Virus record (IMG/VR): IMGVR_UViG_3300045534_000133
Location: 1 to 64,000 of that record
Length of the DNA: 64,000 nt
From: a virus
Reading direction: 5' to 3' (one strand)
Shown here: one piece after another, positions 9,095 to 19,392 of the stretch
Layout: every line of letters starts with the position of its first letter
Position numbering within the stretch: position 1 is the first letter of the stretch
Notes under the pieces: model-generated
Databases searched by the model: none
What the model saw: the letters and a program-made list of their open reading frames with translations, nothing else
Told to the model about the DNA's origin: nothing
Made by a program: the position numbers and the translations under genes

Positions 9095-12000
9095 TTACGC
9101 GGGGTTGCGTTGGATTTGGACGAGCAGATTCAAGCCAACCGACAGAAGGTTCTCGCCGGAGTTTGTCTTCATGCGCAGCTTCCATGTACGCGAGCCGCCA
9201 GCCCGGACGCGCCAGCTTCGGCTCACGTCACTGTTGGGCTCGCCGATACCGTCAACGATGAAACTTTCAATGTTGTCCGCACCGCCACCGCTGCCGATTC
9301 TGTTAGCCTCCCAAGTTCCAGAGAGGAGAATCTTGCTGCTGCTTCCGCCGGTCGCGTCCTCGACGATCTCCCATGTGCCCTCGGGATTGATACCCGGCGA
9401 GCCGCCGCTCTTTCTGGTGCGGGAGGGCGTCAGTTCAACGTCCATAGCCATCCAGACCACCATGTAGGAGTTGGCTTGAATGTTCGTAAGGTTCAGCGTC
9501 ACCTTGTCGGTCATGGTGGTGCTGTTCACATCCACCTGTGTGGAAAAGCCCCTGAAGAGTCCCGAGGTGTCGACCTCTTTGATCACACCCCCGCTTTGCA
9601 CCTTGAAGCCGTAGGGCGTCAGCGAGGTGTCAACGTAGGTGTCACCGTTCTGGATGCCCGCCGTGACGGCGGCAGCGTTGCCCGCGTGTTCGCCAAGGTA
9701 GCGGCCTTGGACCTTCACCTCTGTCAGCGTGGAGGTAGCCAGCGGGCCCTGATTGATGACATTAAGCGCGGTGCCAGCCGCCGTCCTGATAAGATTCTCC
9801 GCGTACTGGCTGGCGCCGTCGGTTGACCAGAGTTCATCGACGCGGGCCACCCGGTTGAAAGGTGTAAACCGCAGGTCTTCGACCCCAGAACTGATGTTGT
9901 CAGCGCCGGTTGTGGCGACATGAACCCTGAACGCTCGGGATGCCGTCGTGGCAACGGTTCGCAACAGCGTCGAGACCCCCGCCGACTCCCGATAATACCT
10001 GACGTTCACCCCGTCATAAGTGACCGTAAACAGATCGCCCATGGCCACAAGGATGGCCGCCCCCTGTGGAGCCCCACCTTCGTATAGCTGGATGTGCGGC
10101 AGGCTTGAACTTGAGAACAAGTAGAAGGCGTAGTCGATGTGGATGTAGCCCGCGTCGCCCAGCGTGTAGCTGTCCGACAGGCCGAACATCGTCTCGGCGA
10201 GGCCGCCGCTCTGGAGACGGCGAGCCGAGGCCGAGGCGCCGCCCACATACCACTGGCGCGAATACGCACTGCCGGTCGTCCATGTGTAACCGCCGCTCGC
10301 TTTGCCAATCCGGTTTCCTTGGATGGTCACATGCGCGTCAGCCGCGATCATAGAGAGGTCGCTTGTCGCCCTGTCGCTCGGGCGAGTTGCGCCCGTCACG
10401 ACGGCAAAATCAGACGAGGTCGCCGTGGGCGCTTGGCTGACGATGTTCAGGGCGGTGCCCTGATCGGTCCGGTGGGAGGCCCGCGTGGCGATCACATTGT
10501 CACCGGGAAGACCGCTGCCCGGAGGGGCTTCATAGATGCCCTCACCAAAGACCTGATCGCCGCTGCGCGGAACGCCGACCATGTGCACCCAGTAGGGCGT
10601 CGTCATGTTGACAGCAGTGCCAGAGATGGCGGTGTTGTTCAGCGAGACGGACCAGCCGTTCTCCCATGCAAGCGATTGCGAGGTGTAGCCGATCTGCACG
10701 TTCCGAATGGTGACGTTCGGATACTGCCAGAGGTCACCGACAGACCCAATCCAGACGGTCGCCTTGCCTGCCGCGTTATAACCAAACTTAACCGGACGAG
10801 AGAAGGCTCGGGGGCCGTTGAATGTTGCAGTGACGTTCGCCCACCAGCCGCCGCTCCCAGTATTGTAGTGGTGACCGGCGACCGTGTAGGTGCTGGTGCG
10901 CCCGGTGGTGTAGTCGTGAACAACCACGTCGAACGTGATCATCGGGCTCGCCACGTTCCAAGCGAACGGCAGAACGATCTCAAGCTGGCCGACTTGGTTT
11001 GAGGAACTGACATTGAACTGCCCGCCGTCGGGCTGCTGAACCAGTTTGACGCCACCCTCGAAGCGATCGTTCAGGACGCGGTTTGCGAGAGCCGTGGCCC
11101 CCGGGCCTTGGTTCACCACAAGGTTTGCGGTGCCCAAGCTGGTGACGAGGGCAGCCTCCGTTGCGACGGTTCCGTCCGCCCGCCGGAGGCTGCCGCCCAC
11201 GGTCGTCACCTCAACGATGCGCCAGCCCGAAAACCAGTGGTTTGCGTTCGCCACGTTTCCGTAGTTGGGGAAGCCGATGATCTTCATACGCATGGCGTTT
11301 GTCGGGATTGGCCGCCCCGTCCCCGCGCCGAACACCGCGCTAAAATACTGGGTCTCGTTGTGGGCGATAGTCACCGCTGCCGGGTTATAGAGCCAGTAGG
11401 TTCCGTCACCACTAATGTTAGTGCCATTTACAGTCTCAAGAGCAACGCCGCCGTAGCAATGCGAGACGGCGCTAGTCGAAGACCAGCTATAGACGTAACC
11501 TTCCACCATATAGGTTTTCGTGCGGTCAACAGGCACACTACGAGCACCACTGAAGAAACCGCTAAGACCGGTGATATTCTTTATCGCGGTGCCCGCTGGG
11601 GGCAGGTCGATGGCTTGGAACTCTGCATTGCTGAGAGTCCAAGCCGCCGGGTCGGCCATCGCCGTGTCTTCTGTCAGGCTGTCGCCTTGCGTGACGGCGG
11701 GGCGGTTATCCAGCGCCGACCATGGCGCGGCAATGTCAGCATCAGCGGTGGAGAGCGAGGTCGCCGTCGCAAAGCGAGTCTGGTTCACCACAAGGTTCGC
11801 GGTGCCCAGTGAGGTGATCAGATTGGTGCGACCGACCAGTGTTCCATCGCTGTCGTCAAAGGTGTTCTGGCCGATGCGTGGCACCTGCAGCGCCGGGCCC
11901 ACCTGAATGTCGATCAGGTTGTTTCCGATATAGACCTGCGAAGCCGCGAACCCGAGAACCTGACCAGCGGCTGCCGCGTAGGTGGCCCTCAAAACACCGT

Positions 12001-15000
12001 TCTGGAACCACCGAGTCCTCACGCCGTCGTAAACGATAGTCAGAACATCGGTCAGGGCCCAAGTTCCGGCGGCTCCTTCCCACACAATCCCGTGGCCCCC
12101 AACGTAAGCGCGGATTGGGGTGGTTGCAGGTAGGCCCTCCACATACCACGAGTAGTTGATGGTGCTGTAGATGCCATCGAAGGCGGAGGACGCGAGGCCC
12201 GCCATGAAATAGGGCTGGGCGCTGGTTCCGACGCGGAACGCGCAGTAGGCTGACCCTGTGAAGCGATCGCGCGAATAGACGCCCGCGCCCCAGCCTCCGT
12301 TCGAGCCCCCTACCTTCGTGGCCGTGCTGCCGGTGACGGAGGTCTCCGCGTTGTAGGGCACCAGCGTGACTGTCGAGACCGTATTCTCGGTCCATGCGCC
12401 ATATTGGATATCGACGATGGCCGACGGGAAAACGGAGTCGATCGAGTTGTAAAAGTCGATGACCTTGGGCCACAGGGTCAGCCCGGCCGGAGCAGGTGCA
12501 GAGCAGTATCGGATGCCGTCAATGTCCACGAACACCGACGAGCCGTCGTAGCCCAGCGTCATGCGCGAAGTGAGATACATCAGCGGAGTGGAAACAGCGG
12601 CAACAAGCGTGTCGTTTTGGCTGTAAAGTTGAACGGTTCCTGCCGAACCGCCGTTGGTGATGTAGCGGCACCAGTATTTCAGGTTGCCTGCAGCAAAGCT
12701 GGTGGCGTCGTCATCGAGCGCAAACTGCGTGTACCAGCCGCCGCCCGCTGACGCCGAAAGAAGGCTGCCGCGAATGTAGGCGGAGCCACGCTGCGGCGAC
12801 CCGACAGCGCCCCCCTGAAAGGTTCCGTGTGTTCCGCCTGTCGCCTTAAAGACGCTGTTGCCGACCACCGAAGAAAACGAGCCGATAGGCGTCAGGACGC
12901 CGCTCGTGCCTGCGTAAGGGCTGGGCCGAGTGGCACCCTCGATGTAGGCGAAGTCGATCTGCCCGGCCGAGGTCAGCCGCTGCGTACGGTTGGTGACGGT
13001 GCTGGGCGTGATCGAGGTGTCGGTCACCCACGGGGACTGACCGTTGACGAAGGCGGCCGTGCCGTCGCCAGTCACCAGCAGCGTGTCGCTAAGAGCCGCG
13101 CCGTTGTTCACACGACGCAGATTGCCCGTGAAAGCGCTGACGCCAGACGTTATGTCCACCTGCTCGTATTTGGCGATGTCCCACGAGAAAGCGACGTTAG
13201 TGCCCCCGGCGACATACATGTGGCCGATGCTGGAGAACGTGCCGGTCGTGCCGATGTAATAGATCAGTTCATAGAGCGCCCAGTTTCCAGTGCCCGCTTG
13301 AGAGGTCAGCCACGTTACAGTGCCCTCGTTTCCGTAGGAGTTAGCGGCAGTTTCGAGGGTGCGACCGACCGGGATTTTGGCCCAAATCTTGTAGAGGATT
13401 TTCGTGTTCTTGGCGTACAGACCCGGACGCGACGGGTTGCCGTCCCCCGTGTACTGCAGGCCCTGATAAATACCCCCAAAGCCCGGTGTCGGGTTGCTGT
13501 TTGGCGTGCCCGTGCCGTCGTAGGCAATCGTCAGCTTGAAGCCGGAGGCGTTCGGGGCCGTCGCGTCGGCGACACGGGTGATCGTGACCTTGGTGCCGCC
13601 CGCGTTATTGTAGATGCCGGTGTCTGCAGGAGGCCAAGCCAGATGGAACTCGGGGTCACGAGCAAGCTGCGTCCCCACGGCGCCGTTCATCATCTGGGCC
13701 GGGTTGAAGTGCGTGTTCAAGCCCGAGGTCAGATAGCTGTTGGTGTCGATGGCGTTGGCAAGGTGCGTTGTCGTGCGCCCGGTATAGGTCGCCCAGTCCT
13801 GTTGGTTCTGGACGTTCAGGGCGGTGCCATACTGGGTGACCAGCACGGGGTCCGTGCTGCTAACGTCCCCACCGGCCACGCTCACGAACACCGGAATGGC
13901 GTTACCGAGGAAGGTGGCCGTGGCCGCTTCGTTCCCAGTGCGATCGACGGTGCGACCGTAGTACCGGTAGTTGGTGCCGACCGTGACGTTAACGTCAACG
14001 AACTCCTCGTCAGTCGCGACCGTGTAAACCGACTGGGGAACGTCGTCCGGGCTCAAACCGTTTGTGTTGCGGTAGATCAGCGTGTGCAGGTAGTCGGTCA
14101 TCGCCGGGCGCTTCTGCACCACGCGAACCCTGCGGCCCCCGATAGCAGTCGCCGAACCCGAAGTGATTGCGGGTGGCAACGTGGTTTTGCCTGTGGCTAC
14201 GAGGGTCGCCGTAGAGTTGGCGGTGCTGACGTTGCCCAGCTTATCGACAGCCCAGACGCGGACTTGGTAAGAGACCCCAGACCGAACCCGGATGGTGTCT
14301 TGGCTGATGGAAACCGGATAGCGCCCAAGAGAGGTGCCGCCCTCCAACCACTCGACTTGGTAGCCGTCCAGATCGCTCTCGGCGTTATCGGGCCAGTTAG
14401 CGGTCATCAGGGTGACAGAGGTGCCATCCGTGTTCAGCGTTGTCGCTTGCGACATGGTGACGGTGCCGGGCGTGGCCGGAGGGGTGGTGTCAAGATCGCC
14501 TGCGATGACGGCGCGCGTCTCCCCCAGCACCCCGGAGGTAGCCCCGGCCGGGAAATACGCCGTGGAATAGTTGCCGGACAGGTCGCGCGTGCGCACCCAG
14601 TAGTAGCGGCTGACAGTGCCAGCCAGCGCGTGTTCGTAGGTCTTGCCGGGGTCGGCAATCGAGTCGACCAGTGTGGCCAGCGCGCGGTTGTTCGTGGTGG
14701 CCGCCCACACCTCTGTCGCCCAGAGGTCGATATCGGTCGGCAGCCCCCAGTTCAGGACAATCTTGCCCACCTGCGCGCCGACGCCGTTGGTGGCCGTCAG
14801 GGACGTGGGAGCGTCGGGTGGGGCCGTCTTGCCAGCCGCCTCAATCTGAGCCGTCACCCACTCGCTGGTGAGGCCGTAGGGGCTGATCGAGCGGGCTCTG
14901 ACCTCGTACTCGGCACCGGCATAGACAGGGTCGATGAAAAACCCTGCCGTGTCGCGCGGCTGGCGCGGCAGCGGGGTGAAGTTGGGGCTCTCCAGATCGC

Positions 15001-17599
15001 GGTACTGCACCTCGACCGTCTCCACCGGAATCTCGGCAGATGGCCAAGCGTCAAAAGAGACCGCAATGCGCTCGATGATCGTGCTGTCGGCGGTGTAGCG
15101 GGCCGTGTTGCTGTCGCTGGTGAGCCGCATGACGGGCACGGGCGGCTGCGCCCGCTCGAACGGCCGGGGCGTGGTGATGTAGCTGTTGAAGGCCGGGATA
15201 GTGCCCTGATCGGCCGTCCAGATGCCCGGCTGCGCGTTCGTGAGCGACAGAACCGCCGTCAGATCAGGGCCCGGCGCGATGCGCTTGACGATCATGGGCG
15301 CGGTTTCGAGGTCGCGGATTCCGTACTGGAACAGGTCGCCGACTTCCGGCCCGCTGGCGATCGCGACGGGCGTGACCAGTTGCAGGGTGTCGGTCAGAAC
15401 CGGTGAGGCACCGGCCGGGTTCACAACCGGCAGGGCTGCAGTCGCAAAGTTGGCCTTGCGGCATCGTAGGCCCAGTAGTTGACCCGGGTCGCACTGCACC
15501 TCCGAGTCCAGCACGACGTGGGTGATGTTCGGGCCGGAGATCGTGACCGCAGTGACGCGGCCATGGGCAAGCCCCACACTGATCGCGTCGTGGCTGAACT
15601 GGACGAGGCTGCCCAGCGTGCAGCGCAGGTTCTCCACGTCCATGCTGACCGTGTGCGTCTCCATCCGAAGCTGGAGAACCGCGAAGTGGTACATGCCCTC
15701 GCGCCACGCCTGCGCCGCCCGGGAGATGCCGGGCATATCCAGCGTCTCGAAGGTGACTGCAGGGTCGGTGGCGCCAGCACCGTCGGCGCTGTAGCCCGGC
15801 GCATAGACCACGACCTCGTCATCCGCGTACAGTTTGTCCTCGTTCGAGAACCGGACCCGAAGGGCATGCGGAATCTCGGCGAAAACCTTGCTGCCAGCAT
15901 AGCCCCACGAGTTCCGGGGGCTGATGTGCTGAACAGGGACAGTTTGCACAACGTCGCGAACGACCGAGTATTTTCCGTCCCTGATCGTGAAGTTGGCCCG
16001 GCCGTGGCTGGCAACGGTGCGCAGGGCGGTGAAGATCGAGCCGCCCTCCAGAACCCCATCGAACGTCCAGTAGGGCGCCGGGCCGTTGGCTGGCGTGCTG
16101 GCGCAGGCGTTGGCCCAGTCCACGATCGCGGTGAGGTCAATCCGGCTGTCAGCATTGATGGTGGCCGTGCCGCGACGGCGCAGCAGGTCAGCAAAGGCCC
16201 ACGCCGGGTTTCTGGTGATCTGGTAGGCCCAAGTCCCGGGGCCCGGAGAGTAGACCGGCAGGTAGGATTCCGCGACGCAGTTAATCTGGTCCGGCACGCC
16301 GTTAAGCTGGCCAGACGCCTTCATGCGCAGTGCGATCAGGGCCATGCCGTCAGTCGGCAGAAACTCCTCGTCCACGATCGAGCGCAGGGTCGTGAAGATA
16401 GCGAAGCCCACCTCGCCCATCGGCTCGATCGGCGAGGTGCGTGTGATCTTGACCTCGTATTGGCCCGGCGAAACCGTCCAGCGGCCAGAACGCCGGAGAC
16501 CGGCCTGCGTCTTGTCGCGAACGAACAGCACGCCGTCGGTCTGGGTGCCGTATTCAGAACTGGGCTCAAGCCAATCGGCGTTTATCCATGCCCCGCCGGA
16601 GCCCGCCACACGATACTGGACCGTGAACGAAACCTCATGGAAACGGAGTTCACCCTTGACCACCCGGTTCACGCCGGACGGGAAGCCGATCTCGACGCTG
16701 ATTTCCTTGGTGTTGAGCCGGGTGGTCTTGGTTGTCGTGGAGCCTGCCGCATCCAGCACGACAGCGTAGCTGTCCTCCTTGATGGCCTTCTGGTAGAGAG
16801 TCACGTCGGCATCGCCAACCCAGCCCTCGCGCGTCTCGATCTCGATGCCCGGGTAGGCGCTGATCGGCGTCTCGCCCAGCTTGATATCGCTGATCTTGAG
16901 CGGGCCCAGTCCCACCAGAAGCAGCAGGCGCAGGTACTGATCGTTGCCTTGCGTCTCGGTGTAGGGGCGCCCGGCCAGCATCGGGTACATCCGGCGCTTG
17001 CCCAGCACGCGCGGGATGGGCCCATAGGGGGCCATCTGGTTGCGGAGGCCGGTGATCTGGCCGTAGGGGTTGCCTAGTTCCTGATCGAACCCCCACTGAT
17101 TTTTCGCACCGGGCGGCGGGATAAGGGCCTGCACCAGCATCATGCCAGCAGTCGCGACCGCTATCTGCGCAAGACCCGTGACGACTCCCAAGGTGGTAGC
17201 GCCGACGCCGATCGGGGCCAGAAAACCGAGGGCCATGCCAGCCAGCGGTCCAGCAACCGCCATGGCCACGACCATGACAGCGATCATGGCGATCGCGCGC
17301 AGGGTGTCCTTGCCCCCGCCGCCGCCGTGAAGCTGGTATCGAACATTGACGACCGCGCCCAGCTTGGGCTTCACGAGGTGCCACAGGGCAGGCTCGATCT
17401 GTTGGTCGTCGATGAAAACTTGGACGTGGGCCGACATGGCGGGCGTAGCGCCAGTCGATCGAACGATATCCTCGACCGTTGACCCGAAGCCGACATGGAG
17501 AACGCGGGGCGCGACAAAGGGGCTCGACTGCAGGACCACGTCCGTCAGCGGCGGCAGAACCTCGCCCTCAATGGGCTCAAGCCGTTCCCCATCAGCCAT
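9095..17599 (-). CDS. Giant tail tip/host-specificity protein (gpI-like + TipJ-like + FN3 + modular fibre), ~2834 aa
   Basis: N-terminal Ub-like/hydrophobic segment, GPIPRVLG, TRNPAW, FN3-like domains, repeated beta-rich modules. Confidence 0.9.
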   Translation of the reverse strand: MADGERLEPIEGEVLPPLTDVVLQSSPFVAPRVLHVGFGSTVEDIVRSTGATPAMSAHVQVFIDDQQIEPALWHLVKPKLGAVVNVRYQLHGGGGGKDTLRAIAMIAVMVVAMAVAGPLAGMALGFLAPIGVGATTLGVVTGLAQIAVATAGMMLVQALIPPPGAKNQWGFDQELGNPYGQITGLRNQMAPYGPIPRVLGKRRMYPMLAGRPYTETQGNDQYLRLLLLVGLGPLKISDIKLGETPISAYPGIEIETREGWVGDADVTLYQKAIKEDSYAVVLDAAGSTTTKTTRLNTKEISVEIGFPSGVNRVVKGELRFHEVSFTVQYRVAGSGGAWINADWLEPSSEYGTQTDGVLFVRDKTQAGLRRSGRWTVSPGQYEVKITRTSPIEPMGEVGFAIFTTLRSIVDEEFLPTDGMALIALRMKASGQLNGVPDQINCVAESYLPVYSPGPGTWAYQITRNPAWAFADLLRRRGTATINADSRIDLTAIVDWANACASTPANGPAPYWTFDGVLEGGSIFTALRTVASHGRANFTIRDGKYSVVRDVVQTVPVQHISPRNSWGYAGSKVFAEIPHALRVRFSNEDKLYADDEVVVYAPGYSADGAGATDPAVTFETLDMPGISRAAQAWREGMYHFAVLQLRMETHTVSMDVENLRCTLGSLVQFSHDAISVGLAHGRVTAVTISGPNITHVVLDSEVQCDPGQLLGLRCRKANFATAALPVVNPAGASPVLTDTLQLVTPVAIASGPEVGDLFQYGIRDLETAPMIVKRIAPGPDLTAVLSLTNAQPGIWTADQGTIPAFNSYITTPRPFERAQPPVPVMRLTSDSNTARYTADSTIIERIAVSFDAWPSAEIPVETVEVQYRDLESPNFTPLPRQPRDTAGFFIDPVYAGAEYEVRARSISPYGLTSEWVTAQIEAAGKTAPPDAPTSLTATNGVGAQVGKIVLNWGLPTDIDLWATEVWAATTNNRALATLVDSIADPGKTYEHALAGTVSRYYWVRTRDLSGNYSTAYFPAGATSGVLGETRAVIAGDLDTTPPATPGTVTMSQATTLNTDGTSVTLMTANWPDNAESDLDGYQVEWLEGGTSLGRYPVSISQDTIRVRSGVSYQVRVWAVDKLGNVSTANSTATLVATGKTTLPPAITSGSATAIGGRRVRVVQKRPAMTDYLHTLIYRNTNGLSPDDVPQSVYTVATDEEFVDVNVTVGTNYRYYGRTVDRTGNEAATATFLGNAIPVFVSVAGGDVSSTDPVLVTQYGTALNVQNQQDWATYTGRTTTHLANAIDTNSYLTSGLNTHFNPAQMMNGAVGTQLARDPEFHLAWPPADTGIYNNAGGTKVTITRVADATAPNASGFKLTIAYDGTGTPNSNPTPGFGGIYQGLQYTGDGNPSRPGLYAKNTKILYKIWAKIPVGRTLETAANSYGNEGTVTWLTSQAGTGNWALYELIYYIGTTGTFSSIGHMYVAGGTNVAFSWDIAKYEQVDITSGVSAFTGNLRRVNNGAALSDTLLVTGDGTAAFVNGQSPWVTDTSITPSTVTNRTQRLTSAGQIDFAYIEGATRPSPYAGTSGVLTPIGSFSSVVGNSVFKATGGTHGTFQGGAVGSPQRGSAYIRGSLLSASAGGGWYTQFALDDDATSFAAGNLKYWCRYITNGGSAGTVQLYSQNDTLVAAVSTPLMYLTSRMTLGYDGSSVFVDIDGIRYCSAPAPAGLTLWPKVIDFYNSIDSVFPSAIVDIQYGAWTENTVSTVTLVPYNAETSVTGSTATKVGGSNGGWGAGVYSRDRFTGSAYCAFRVGTSAQPYFMAGLASSAFDGIYSTINYSWYVEGLPATTPIRAYVGGHGIVWEGAAGTWALTDVLTIVYDGVRTRWFQNGVLRATYAAAAGQVLGFAASQVYIGNNLIDIQVGPALQVPRIGQNTFDDSDGTLVGRTNLITSLGTANLVVNQTRFATATSLSTADADIAAPWSALDNRPAVTQGDSLTEDTAMADPAAWTLSNAEFQAIDLPPAGTAIKNITGLSGFFSGARSVPVDRTKTYMVEGYVYSWSSTSAVSHCYGGVALETVNGTNISGDGTYWLYNPAAVTIAHNETQYFSAVFGAGTGRPIPTNAMRMKIIGFPNYGNVANANHWFSGWRIVEVTTVGGSLRRADGTVATEAALVTSLGTANLVVNQGPGATALANRVLNDRFEGGVKLVQQPDGGQFNVSSSNQVGQLEIVLPFAWNVASPMITFDVVVHDYTTGRTSTYTVAGHHYNTGSGGWWANVTATFNGPRAFSRPVKFGYNAAGKATVWIGSVGDLWQYPNVTIRNVQIGYTSQSLAWENGWSVSLNNTAISGTAVNMTTPYWVHMVGVPRSGDQVFGEGIYEAPPGSGLPGDNVIATRASHRTDQGTALNIVSQAPTATSSDFAVVTGATRPSDRATSDLSMIAADAHVTIQGNRIGKASGGYTWTTGSAYSRQWYVGGASASARRLQSGGLAETMFGLSDSYTLGDAGYIHIDYAFYLFSSSSLPHIQLYEGGAPQGAAILVAMGDLFTVTYDGVNVRYYRESAGVSTLLRTVATTASRAFRVHVATTGADNISSGVEDLRFTPFNRVARVDELWSTDGASQYAENLIRTAAGTALNVINQGPLATSTLTEVKVQGRYLGEHAGNAAAVTAGIQNGDTYVDTSLTPYGFKVQSGGVIKEVDTSGLFRGFSTQVDVNSTTMTDKVTLNLTNIQANSYMVVWMAMDVELTPSRTRKSGGSPGINPEGTWEIVEDATGGSSSKILLSGTWEANRIGSGGGADNIESFIVDGIGEPNSDVSRSWRVRAGGSRTWKLRMKTNSGENLLSVGLNLLVQIQRNPA

Positions 17600-17613
17600 A
17601 AAGGCCCCCATCG

Positions 17614-18027
17614 TCAGACGTGACGGTAGAACCCCACGATTCGGTTCTCCCACATCATCGACGGACGGTAGCGCTCAACGCACGAGTCTGCACCCCTGAT
17701 CGAATGAATCATCTGTCCATCACCGACGACCATGCCGACGTGCATGGGGTGGCCGGAGAGGCGAATGATGATGCCGTCGAAAACCTGCTCCTGCCCGGGC
17801 AGCACGGGCATGAACCGTTCGGCGAACGCACTGCAGGCTTTTCCAATGTCGCGGCTTGTAGCCCCCTCCCCGCCCCAAACAGGGCCATCATACGATGGGA
17901 TGGTGCGGCCGGACTGTTCGTTGAAGATCAGTTCAAAAAGACCGTAACAATCGAGCCCATCCCTAGAGCGCCCCCCAATACTATACGGCAGACCAACATA
18001 ATCGGCCACCCACGCAGGAATAGTCAC
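17614..18027 (-). CDS. NlpC/P60 tail-tip assembly protein (gpK-like)
   Basis: YVGLPY..GGR...GLDCYGL, HVG, MIH. Confidence 0.9.
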   Translation of the reverse strand: MTIPAWVADYVGLPYSIGGRSRDGLDCYGLFELIFNEQSGRTIPSYDGPVWGGEGATSRDIGKACSAFAERFMPVLPGQEQVFDGIIIRLSGHPMHVGMVVGDGQMIHSIRGADSCVERYRPSMMWENRIVGFYRHV

Positions 18028-18512
18028 AACGTGCACCCTTCGTGAAGACGGCGCTTTATCAGAACGTAGGCCTCGTGGGCCTCCGCTGCTGATGGGAAAC
18101 GCGGGGTCTTGTACTGGCGGCCGTTGCTCCAGACGACGCCGACAAACTTGCCGTTCCGGGTTTTCTGGACGCCCAGATACCCCGTTGTGTTTTGTTTGCG
18201 GGGGCGTCGTTCGTTCTGCTGATTTTGCTTGCGCGGCACGTCACGAAGGTTGGACCAGCGACAGTCTGCAGGATTTTGGTTGAGGTGATCGACTTGACCT
18301 TTGGGCCACTCACCGGTCATGTAAAGCCAGATCAGAACGGCGATCTGGCACCGCTTCCCCATGAACTGCGTGCGTTTGCGCCCGTCGGGGTCTTCCCACC
18401 TGCCGCCAACAGCATAACCCGGACGGCCCCGGCCTACCGACTTCACCCACAAAAACTCGCCGGTGAGCGGGTTGTAGCTGGTGGCTGCCCGGATAGCGTC
18501 GGCTTCTGTCAT
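18024..18512 (-). CDS. HNH homing endonuclease with AP2-like C-terminus
   Basis: YNPLTGEF.W, VDHLN.N..D.R..NLR, NTTGYLGV, F....EAH.AY. Confidence 0.9.
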   Translation of the reverse strand: MTEADAIRAATSYNPLTGEFLWVKSVGRGRPGYAVGGRWEDPDGRKRTQFMGKRCQIAVLIWLYMTGEWPKGQVDHLNQNPADCRWSNLRDVPRKQNQQNERRPRKQNTTGYLGVQKTRNGKFVGVVWSNGRQYKTPRFPSAAEAHEAYVLIKRRLHEGCTL

Positions 18513-19039
18513 GCCCCCAAATGGGGCGCCGCAAGGCTCACGGTCAAGCCTATCGACAGCAGGGCCGCAAACAAGCCCGGGAAACGCTCTGGTGTGATCG
18601 TCAACGTGCAGGGCTCGGTGACGATCGACTCGAAAATCAAACGCCCTCGCACCGTGGACGCATCCCATTTCAGTTCCCGCATCGTCAATCCGGGGTACTG
18701 AATCTCGATGACGTTGGGTTGGGACGCCAGCACCACCGTGATGGTGCAGGATGCGGGCCCGGAGAGTTCACGACCGGCCGCCACGATTGCCCGGTCCACG
18801 TTCGGGATTGCGATAGATGCAAAGCCCGGCGCCTCCGCGCTGTCGCCCGGGAGGTCAAGGTCGAACGGCAGCCCCTGATACAGCACGCCGTTCGAGGTGC
18901 AGTCCTGATTGTCGTTCACGACGCGAATAGGGGTCACCATCGACGGGTGAGTGATCTCCAGCAAGACCAGCCAAATCTCGTCTGTGTTTTCAGCGGTCAG
19001 GCTGGCGATCGCCGCCGCAGAAAGCGTGCGAACGGTCAC
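18509..19039 (-). CDS. DUF1833-like minor tail protein
   Basis: LLEITHP....IRVV.......NG..Y...PF...LP.....I.NV. Confidence 0.8.
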   Translation of the reverse strand: MTVRTLSAAAIASLTAENTDEIWLVLLEITHPSMVTPIRVVNDNQDCTSNGVLYQGLPFDLDLPGDSAEAPGFASIAIPNVDRAIVAAGRELSGPASCTITVVLASQPNVIEIQYPGLTMRELKWDASTVRGRLIFESIVTEPCTLTITPERFPGLFAALLSIGLTVSLAAPHLGA

Positions 19040-19392
19040 GGTTTAATCTCCACCTTGAAGTTGACGTAGTAGTTGTCGCCGTCAGCCGGAGTAATCTTCA
19101 CCTTGGAGATGATCTGCATGGTGGCAGCCACCTGTTTTCGGGGGTGCGTCCAGTCGAACACCACCACACCACCGTCGAGCGTGGTGAAATAGAACGTCTC
19201 GAACGTGGCGACCTGCGCGGCCGACATGATCAGCCGAATGTCGATCTGGTCAAACCGGGCGGAGAACCGACGGCGCGACTTCATCGTGCCGCCCTCCATG
19301 GGCGTGCGCAGGACTTGATCGGGTAGGTCTTCCCCATAGCCCTGCTGCAGGACGTATGACGGAAGGGTGCCGGGCCATGTCGGGTTTGGCAT
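19036..19392 (-). CDS. Distal tail protein
   Basis: WP..LP...RTPMEGG..KSRRRF...F..FY..TL..G...F.W..P; follows tape measure. Confidence 0.8.
   Translation of the reverse strand: MPNPTWPGTLPSYVLQQGYGEDLPDQVLRTPMEGGTMKSRRRFSARFDQIDIRLIMSAAQVATFETFYFTTLDGGVVVFDWTHPRKQVAATMQIISKVKITPADGDNYYVNFKVEIKP

Noticed and set aside
12827-17077. Long plus-strand ORFs (859 aa, 532 aa) opposite the tail-tip gene; similar ones at 34029-35615, 2735-3994 and 27866-29266
   Set aside because: Antisense shadow frames expected from high-GC codon bias; no motifs or RBS
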